DNA of 46,099 nt, taken from NCBI RefSeq assembly GCF_001194135.2, contig NC_069007.1, positions 2,660,876-2,706,974 on the forward strand, in the 5' to 3' direction. The notes beneath the pieces are model-generated. The model saw only the letters and a program-made list of their open reading frames with translations, did not search any database and was not told where the DNA came from. Positions within the stretch are counted from its first letter, which is position 1, and the number at the start of each line of letters is the position of its first letter. The DNA is from Octopus bimaculoides (Eukaryota). Made by a program: the position numbers and the translations under genes. Positions 38,138 through 46,099 of this stretch are shown here, piece after piece.

Positions 38138-38539
38138 TAAATGTGTATGTGTATGCATACCTACATATATATATATATGTATATATATATATANNNNNNN
38201 NNNATATAAATGTGTATGTGTATGCATATATACATATATACGAGTTTGTATGTGTATGTATATATATATATATAGTGTGTGCATGCATGTGTGTGTGTGT
38301 ATGTTTGTGCGTGTGTGTGTTGGCAGGCATACGTGAATACGTGTGATTTATTGACTCGTTTCACTTCCAGAAGTTTATAAATTTTATATTTCAAATACAA
38401 AAAGTAGCTGAAATCGGAGGGGGGGGTGAAGTGAAAGAATGCTGTGGTGGGAGGAAAAATTTGAAAAGATACAGATGTACACAAGAAACCGTTAAGACAT
38501 TTATTTAGCTCTAACTGAATTTATTCCTTGTAATTAGTA

Positions 38540-38695
38540 GTGCGTGTTGTAGTGAATCTTGCTTCCGAACAACATGGTTATGCATTCGGTCCCACAGAGC
38601 GGCACCTTGTTTGTCTTTCACTGTAACCTTCGTCTAAGCAGAGCCGTGCGAGTCGATTTGGGAACTGGTAGACCGAAACTAAAAGAAGCCCGGTA
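38540..38695 (+). mobile_element. Degenerate SINE family B 5' half
   Basis: cttgcttccgaacaacatgg..ggtcccacagagcggcacc..gatttgggaactggtagaccgaaactaaaagaagcccg. Confidence 0.6.
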
Positions 38696-40199
38696 TATAT
38701 ATATTAAAACGTAAAATTAAAACAAAACACAAAGGATTCCGCGGTACACGTGTTTCAAGCGTTAGACACAAATAGTGGTTGCATCATTATATGAGTATAT
38801 AATTGATATATAGGATGGTTTAAAGCCGCACGTATATTCCGTCTCAAGATTACATCACAAAGGAGAAATCACAAAGAAAAGAGAAAAAGGAGAAGTCCAC
38901 TTGGTATAATCCATAGTAATATGCTTATCCATTAAATTGCTATATTTACAAAAAAATTCATCGGTATTCAGAAATCTATCCATATTGTACCACAATTCAG
39001 GGTAGAGTGAATGATAAGTAAATATAACTAGCGTATATGAGATAGAAGGAGAGGTTCAGAAAAGAAAGAAGTTGGAGGTTAAAACAATATAAAATACGAA
39101 AAGAACAATATATATACATATATATATAGGTAATAGCAATCGTTTCTTATTAGGAAACAAATTAGCTTTTTTACAGGACTGCAAAGTGCAGTGCTCAAGT
39201 GAATTGAGGCAGGGATAAAAAATTATTAGTTACAGAACAAAAGCATTACATTTGGGTCAACGTCTCAACATACAACAGTCCCCTCAATAAACGGTCATAT
39301 ATAAGAAATACATCAAAGTCCACAAATACATAAGAAAATATATCTAAAAAAATAGAATACAACATAAAACACACAATATAAAATTTTTTTTTTTTCTACT
39401 AATAACATACAAATAAATCAAATTTGTGTTAAAAATGTAACACAATATATATTTTTTTTTTATAGTTTCAGCTTTTTTTTTTATATATAAAATCTCAATT
39501 CGAATAAAATTAAGCGATTAAAAATTCAAAATAGACAAATAAAGCAAAATAGAATAAGATAAAATGAAGTAAAATAAAATACTATAATAGTCCATCGGCT
39601 AAAATACTATATCTGATGACAAANNNNNNNNNNNNNNNNNNNNNNNNNNNNNNNNNNNNNNNNNNNNNNNNNNNNNNNNNNNNNNNNNNNNNNNNNNNNN
39701 NNNNNNNNNNNNNNNNNNNNNNNNNNNNNNNNNNNNNNNNNNNNNNNNNNNNNNNNNNNNNNNNNNNNNNNNNNNNNNNNNNNNNNNNNNNNNNNNNNNN
39801 NNNNNNNNNNNNNNNNNNNNNNNNNNNNNNNNNNNNNNNNNNNNNNNNNNNNNNNNNNNNNNNNNNNNNNNNNNNNNNNNNNNNNNNNNNNNNNNNNNNN
39901 NNNNNNNNNNNNNNNNNNNNNNNNNNNNNNNNNNNNNNNNNNNNNNNNNNNNNNNNNNNNNNNNNNNNNNNNNNNNNNNNNNNNNNNNNNNNNNNNNNNN
40001 NNNNNNNNNNNNNNNNNNNNNNNNNNNNNNNNNNNNNNNNNNNNNNNNNNNNNNNNNNNNNNNNNNNNNNNNNNNNNNNNNNNNNNNNNNNNNNNNNNNN
40101 NNNNNNNNNNNNNNNNNNNNNNNNNNNNGTTTCTAATCATCCAGGTTTCAAATCATCCTAACGCAGACAAATAATCTTATTTATATTTCTATTTTCTAT

Positions 40200-40520
40200 T
40201 TTTATTTTCATTTCTATATTCCTTCAAGAGAGTGGAGGAAAACCTATGATTGCAGAAGGGAATCACTTCAGTGAATTCATTTAAAGTTTTCGGCCCAAAC
40301 AACCTAAGAATAGTGAGGGATTCCCTAATACACAATAGACATTTGCTAATATTTGCTCTAAAATAAGGGGCTCTCGATACAATCGACCCTTCAAGAGAGT
40401 ATTTCTTATTTTTCTTCTTAAGGTCGTGTACATAGGATGCGACAGTTGTGGAGTTGCAAATTTTTTCATTTGAAAATGTACTCAAATGTGCTCTATATCT
40501 TACAAATATAAACCTACCTA
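40200..40520 (-). mobile_element. Penelope-like element remnant: C-terminal part of the GIY-YIG endonuclease
   Basis: Within track ORF 40189..40569(-): RYRAHLSTFSNEKICNSTTVASYVHDLKKKNKKYSLEGSIVSRAPYFRANISKCLLCIRESLTIL..TLNEFTEVIPFCNH, matching the recalled PLE pattern RYxxHxxxFxN..NSTxLSxYxWxLK..WSI..CxLCxxExxxI..LNxxxE..CxH. Confidence 0.8.
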
Positions 40521-40643
40521 TACGACAGTACATGCACATACAATCATATAAACATGTATACACACACACATATATACGTATAATCTTACAGTCTACACAT
40601 ATATACGTTTAACCGTTTACATATATACACAAGCACACACTCA

Positions 40644-40863
40644 CAAGGGGATGTTGAAAAGTTCCTGCGTTAAAGATATCGTGAAGGGCCTTCGTGGGGG
40701 GGGGGGCACACTTCAGAGTTCTTTTGCAGGGCTTAGAAAAACTGAAGGACCGTTGCACGTTGCAATAAGTGTGTGAATCTGAGAGGAGAGTATCTTGAAT
40801 AAAATCATAATTAACTGATCTTCCCGGATTTTCTTTTAATCAAAGCCAGAAATATTCAGCCCC
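40644..40863 (+). mobile_element. Internally deleted mariner-type element (MITE-like), right end running into a gap
   Basis: Left end caaggggatgttgaaaagttcctg; transposase C-terminus GLEKLKDR..NKCVNLRGEYLE* (TAA 40800-40802); right end aaagccagaaatattcagccc is a loose inverted copy of the left end. Confidence 0.65.
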
Positions 40864-41794
40864 NNNNNNNNNNNNNNNNNNNNNNNNNNNNNNNNNNNNN
40901 NNNNNNNNNNNNNNNNNNNNNNNNNNNNNNNNNNNNNNNNNNNNNNNNNNNNNNNNNNNNNNNNNNNNNNNNNNNNNNNNNNNNNNNNNNNNNNNNNNNN
41001 NNNNNNNNNNNNNNNNNNNNNNNNNNNNNNNNNNNNNNNNNNNNNNNNNNNNNNNNNNNNNNNNNNNNNNNNNNNNNNNNNNNNNNNNNNNNNNNNNNNN
41101 NNNNNNNNNNNNNNNNNNNNNNNNNNNNNNNNNNNNNNNNNNNNNNNNNNNNNNNNNNNNNNNNNNNNNNNNNNNNNNNNNNNNNNNNNNNNNNNNNNNN
41201 NNNNNNNNNNNNNNNNNNNNNNNNNNNNNNNNNNNNNNNNNNNNNNNNNNNNNNNNNNNNNNNNNNNNNNATATATATATATATATATTTGTGTGTGTGT
41301 GTGTGTGTTCTGTGTGAGTGTGTATGTGTATGCATGTGTGTTGAAGTCCCTTTGGCAGGGACTTTGTGCCTTGAGTTTATCGACAATTTTGAAGGAGTGG
41401 AGGAGCCAATATGGATTCTTCAAAATGAAACAGAGTCGATGGATGGTCGATATTAGTGATCAGTCACATCTTGATAATTCTACAGATGACACAAATGTTG
41501 TGTTTGAGATCTACGATCAAAAATTCACAAACGAAAACCTCGTTCAAATGGAAAGATTTTACGACAAAGTTGAAGATTAAACAATTTGAATATCCTGTAT
41601 ATTTCTTTTCGAATAAAATGCAACTGCACACACTTCCAAATAGAGAATTGGTGATTCGAACCCTTAGATTCAAATTCGATCGAAATCAAAATAAGTTTCT
41701 CTTTACCTAAAATATCTCATATTTGTTATAGTGAAACATATACGCTAAAAATTATTGTGAATGTAAGACACAGGTGGTATATTGATTTCATATT

Positions 41795-41912
41795 TTGGCA
41801 CAATTTCAGAGGAGGGGGTAAGTCGATTACTTCAACCCCAGTGGCACTTATTAATCAACCTCGGAAGAATGGAAGGCAAAGTAGACATTGTCGGAAATTG
41901 AACTCAGAACGT
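41795..41912 (-). mobile_element. SINE family A fragment
   Basis: aagtcgattacttcaaccccagtg..ggaaggcaaagtagac..attgaactcagaacg. Confidence 0.7.
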
Positions 41913-42840
41913 CGTTAAATATATTTGAACTAAATTTTGTGTTTGCGTGTGTGTGTGTGTGTGTGTGTGTTATAATATATGTATTTGTGTGTGTTTGTAT
42001 TGATAGATAGATACTGCATATATCCCTGCATACATATACGTGTGTGTGTCTTTTTCTGTATGAATATATATACATGTTTGTGTGTGTGTAGAATGAAAAA
42101 GCCAGGACGACCACACATCAGTCAGTGACTCGATAAATTGGTGTATATATACACAAGCATCTATAGGTGTGTCCGCGCCCATCTCTTTCTGAGTTAGTAC
42201 TCCAACATGTGAGAGAGCTGGACGTGGATAGGACTTACTGAATAAAAGAATTACGCAATTACATAAGTAAAGCGCGATAGAGTTTCAAAGCCGAGGTCGA
42301 AAACCCTTGCAGGATTTGATAAATAACTAAATAACGTTATTCTTGATAATACTATTTTCGTCTGGCATTTCACCTCAAACAAGCCAAAGAGACTCACGTA
42401 GTTGGTCTGTTTGTTTATGAAGTCTGTGTACGAATATTCTATATTCTAGTGTCTATATCGAGAGACACTAACTTTCACCGTCAAATTCGTCATAAGTAAA
42501 TGCTCCTACATCGAGCTAACCTTAAACAATAAATGTCGTACTTTAATCCACTTAGCAATCGTATTTCTGTTAACTTGCATTGACATATATCGTGCCATTA
42601 CTCTAACAGCAATGAAAATCTCCCTATATTTTTATTCAGAAACAACGCTCTCACATAGAAAATCGAGTATTTACGTCATCTTGCCCCCTAGACTAGTATA
42701 ACTGAGCAAATGTTACTATCTAGTTTCGACTGTGTTTTACTGAGATCTTTTACATCTATATCTATCATCGTTCGTACGAAGTTAGGTGATTGCAAAAAGA
42801 GAAAATCGATATAAATGCATCGCTGGTAAGTGGATCACTA

Positions 42841-43000
42841 GGCCTGGCTGTGTGGTAAGATATTTACTTTCACGACCACTTGATTCCGGGTTCCGCCCCA
42901 CTGCGTGGCACTTTGAGCAGACGTCTTCCACTGTAACCTAGGCCCGATCAAAAATATGTGAGTGGATTTGGTGAACGGAAACTGAAAGAACACCGTCGTA
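42841..43000 (+). mobile_element. SINE family B 5' half
   Basis: ggctgtgtggtaag..ccactgcgtggcac..gagtggatttggtgaacggaaactgaaagaa. Confidence 0.8.
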
Positions 43001-43004
43001 TATA

Positions 43005-43068
<64 letters not shown>

Positions 43069-43070
<2 letters not shown>

Positions 43071-43238
43071 CGCAGGAGTGGGTGGGTGGTAAGTAGCTTG
43101 CTACCAACCACATGGTTCGGGGTTCAGTCCCACTACGTGGCACCTTGGGCAAGTGTCTTCTACTATAGCTTCGGGTCGACCGAAGCCTTGTGAGTGGATT
43201 TGCTAGACGGAAACTGAAAGAAGCACGTCGTATATATG

Positions 43239-43271
<33 letters not shown>

Positions 43272-43483
43272 TTGTGTTTCTGTGTTTGTGCCCCTAACAT
43301 CCCTTGTTTGTGGCCCCAAGATCGTCCCCGTAACTAAACGATTCGGCAAAAGAGACCGATAGAATAAGAACTAGGCTTACAAAGAATAAGTCCTGGGGTC
43401 GATTTGCTCGAATAAAGGCGGTGCTCCAGCATGGCCGCAGTCAAATGACTGAAACAAGTAAAAGAGTAAAAAGAGAGTAAAGA

Positions 43484-43484
<1 letters not shown>
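43069..43484 (+). mobile_element. Full-length tRNA-derived SINE family B (internal (TA)/(TG) tract, gagtaaa-repeat tail)
   Basis: Head ggcgcaggagtgggtgggtggtaag..ggttcagtccc; tail ggcggtgctccagcatggccgcagtcaaatgactgaaacaagtaaaagagtaaa. Confidence 0.88.
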
Positions 43485-43517
<33 letters not shown>

Positions 43518-43519
<2 letters not shown>

Positions 43520-43684
43520 GACTAGCTTCCGCCCAGTTACCGTCTCTGAAATTCCCTCAGAAGTAATCGGTTGGCCCGAAGATATAGAATGAAACAGTTG
43601 CCCGAGGTTGTGCGCCGTGAAACTGAACACAAAGCTACGTGTTTGCAAGGCAAGCTTCTTAACCTAACAGTTATATCTGCACCT
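43518..43684 (-). mobile_element. SINE family B 5' half (degenerate, inverted relative to 43069-43484)
   Basis: tatacgactagcttcc..gaaattccctc..ttgcccgaggttgtgcgc..gcaagcttcttaac. Confidence 0.65.
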
Positions 43685-43699
43685 AAGTGAAGAAGTGAA

Positions 43700-44060
43700 T
43701 TCTCTCTCTTGTTTATGGATGATTTAAAGCTTCTTTATGGCAAAGACAAGAACCAGCTGGATACTTTAGTGAAAACTATAATATGATTATTAACGACATT
43801 GAGATGACTTTCGGAATCGAGAAATGTGTTATGATAGTGGTGAAGAACGAGAAACTCATAAAATGAACCGGAATAGATCTATCCTAATGATGGGAATATA
43901 AAATTATTAAACGTAGAAGAAACATATAAATATCTAGAGATACGGGAGAGCGACAAAATCAAGAGTGTAGAGATGAAGGATTGTCTGAATACAAAATATA
44001 TTTGTGCAGACATTTTAAAATCCGAATTGAATGCGTGAAACATTACATATGCAATCAGCC
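43700..44060 (+). mobile_element. Decayed reverse transcriptase fragment of a Dong/R4-type non-LTR retrotransposon
   Basis: LFMDDLKL (FMDD 43712-43723), GKDKNQLDTLVKT, DIEMTFGIEKC, ETYKYLEIRESDKIK, ILKSELNA*NI. Matches the recalled R4/Dong RT pattern LFMDDLKLY..DIGMxFGxxKC..YKYLG; frameshifted. Confidence 0.8.
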
Positions 44061-44486
44061 TCAGGATAAAATCACTAATACCTTTAAGATTATCTCTACA
44101 GATTTTCCAGAAAATTTATAGCCTACATGGAAAGTTACAGTGATTCGTTTACGAATAAGTCTATGTAAACAAAGTGATCGAAGATAGAAAACTTGGTAAT
44201 GAGTGTATATGCATCTTTCAGAATGTATTCTTGCTTCTTCAGTACCGCATCTAACTATCAACGAAGGCATTACTTAATAGCTACTAACTTTAGTGGTGTA
44301 ACACTATTGGCTGAACCAGTTTACATATTAAATACATCCCTGTCCACTGGTATGTACATATTGATTTCCATTTTCGTTAGGCCACCAAGTTTTGGGGAGG
44401 GGCCAGGTCACTTATATCGACCCATGGCTCATCTGGTGCATATTATATAGGTGGGGTGTGAACTCCAAACGTAACTTGTATGTACG

Positions 44487-44602
44487 TATTAATTGCTGGT
44501 AGGGACACCGTGTTTCGTTTTGCAACCACAAAATGCTACCATATATTTGGTTATATATTACGGTTGCCAAACTACATACGACGTCCCTACCAGCAATTAA
44601 TA
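44487..44602. mobile_element. Small fold-back MITE-like element
   Basis: Perfect 20-bp inverted arms tattaattgctggtagggac (44487-44506) / gtccctaccagcaattaata (44583-44602), with inner arms ttttgcaacc / ggttgccaaa (9/10). Confidence 0.7.
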
Positions 44603-46099
44603 TCAGTAATAAGATACAGGACAGAGAATATTATTGAATGGAGAAAGCATGAGTTGGAGAACAATGACGGGAAGAACCGGAAGCAGTTCTCAATGCAGAG
44701 AGCTATGTTACATATTTATTTATATGTACATACTGCAGTGGTTTAAAGAACAGGTTAATCTCTAAAATATAATAAACATTATAACAATCCACATAGACAT
44801 TTGTTGAACACTTGAGACCATTGTGCTATTTCGTTTTAATTGACATATGTCTAGTAGTGAAACAGTTGTGTATGTGTGTGTGTGCGAGAGAAAGAGAGAG
44901 AGAAAGAGAAAGGGAGAATTTTCCTTTTTCCCCTTTCGATAAAATGAAAACATTTGAACACTGGAATCGATAGAACTGACTTATCCCCGACCCAACAAAC
45001 TTGCTAGTGTTAACCAAAATTTAAAGGAGATTTGCCTGCTATTTCTTGCAGAACGAGACATCTTTTCAGCGTTCCTCATTGATTTGGGTCAGCGTTGGAT
45101 TAAGTATTAAGAAAATTATGCTTAGGGCATCAAAGGAAGGAGAGGGGACCACAGAAATTGTGAATGGTTTGCGGCACAAAAGAAATTATTTTAAAGAAAT
45201 CGCTTCCTAAAATAATACTCGGGATGTCTTATCTCTACCACGTATTGCAGCAGATGTGTTACGTAAGATTAATTTTGAGAATTTTATTGAAGTATTTGCC
45301 ATTAAAAAAGGCGGAGAAAACATTTCAAAAATAAAGTGGAAGTATACAAAACTGGGCCATCTTACTGTTAGTTTCGTTTCATTTTGAAAAATAAAAAATA
45401 TGTTAAGGTATATTATATTTTTATATTTTAAATTACATATCTATGGGGCCAGGAATATCTTTTAAGGGCTTAGAGCCTCCATGGGTCTTACTCCGGCCCT
45501 CGTTCAGATATCCATATTGAAGAGTAATATTTCACAGCAGTGTAAGCCCTCTCACGGTAACATAATAGACAAGGTCCTTGTATATATCTTCCATACTCTT
45601 TCATGATAACTTGCATTTTGTTCACAGTTTTTAGCTGATTATTGTCTTCCGTATCTGTGCATTTTCCCTTTTGGAACGTTTTGCAAGATACTTACCTTGG
45701 TCAGCTTCTATTTGCATTTAATTCTTCAGGATATTTCCCAGCATTCGTTGTTTGTGTTATTATCTGGTCCTTATCTAAATCTTATTGATTCTGTTAACTG
45801 AAATTCAATGTGTTCTGTGTTATATCCTATTGTATATTTTAATATAAATCGTTGTACGACAAAGAGATGTTAAAGCACATTATAATATTGAACACGAAAC
45901 GACACAAAATAGAAAAATAAATATTAATTGCTAATACAACGATTCTATAAGAATTCCAGAAATTATTAACAGAAGATTAGCAATGGACACATTATGTGTG
46001 TGTGTGTGTCTGCCTGTGCGTATATATACATAAGTATATATGCACATATATATATATATATATATATATGTTCATACCTACATCTATATGTAGGATTTA

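Noticed and set aside
38083-38225. 60-bp tandem duplication
   Set aside because: It is low-complexity and spans a 10-N gap; probably a scaffolding overlap artefact.
348-45017. Most ORFs in the six-frame track (YIYIYI, CVCVCV, THTHTH, poly-I/L/N, X-runs)
   Set aside because: They are translations of (TA)n, (TG)n, (CA)n, (ATT)n or N-gaps, with no domain content.
1-46099. CRISPR array, rRNA or known conserved miRNA seeds
   Set aside because: No regularly spaced repeat-spacer structure, no rRNA-like sequence, and no match to recalled conserved bilaterian miRNAs on visual scan.

Overview
AT-rich, repeat-dense eukaryotic DNA from a gapped draft assembly (8 N-gaps, several flanked by microsatellites). 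The SINE families and repeat style strongly resemble an octopus (coleoid cephalopod) genome; this is an inference from recalled repeats, not a database result. No host protein-coding gene can be supported. Almost every ORF in the supplied track is a translation artefact of microsatellites or N-runs, so the window looks intronic or intergenic. It holds many tRNA-derived SINE copies (three families) and decayed remnants of several transposons: a Hero/R2-type restriction-like-endonuclease non-LTR element, a Dong/R4-type RT, a Penelope-like GIY-YIG endonuclease, a possible L1/Tx1-like ORF1, a Tc1 transposase with DD36E-type spacing, and maT/mariner ends. It also holds Tigger-like and other MITEs, near-perfect palindromes and long simple repeats. 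Most notable: (i) a 5'-truncated Hero-like element bracketed by a long direct repeat, whose 3' region carries a correctly spaced CCAAT/E-box/TATA/Inr Pol II promoter facing outward; (ii) head-to-tail SINE multimers with two defined junctions (217 and 184 bp periods); (iii) an 82-bp palindrome with perfect 39-bp arms.
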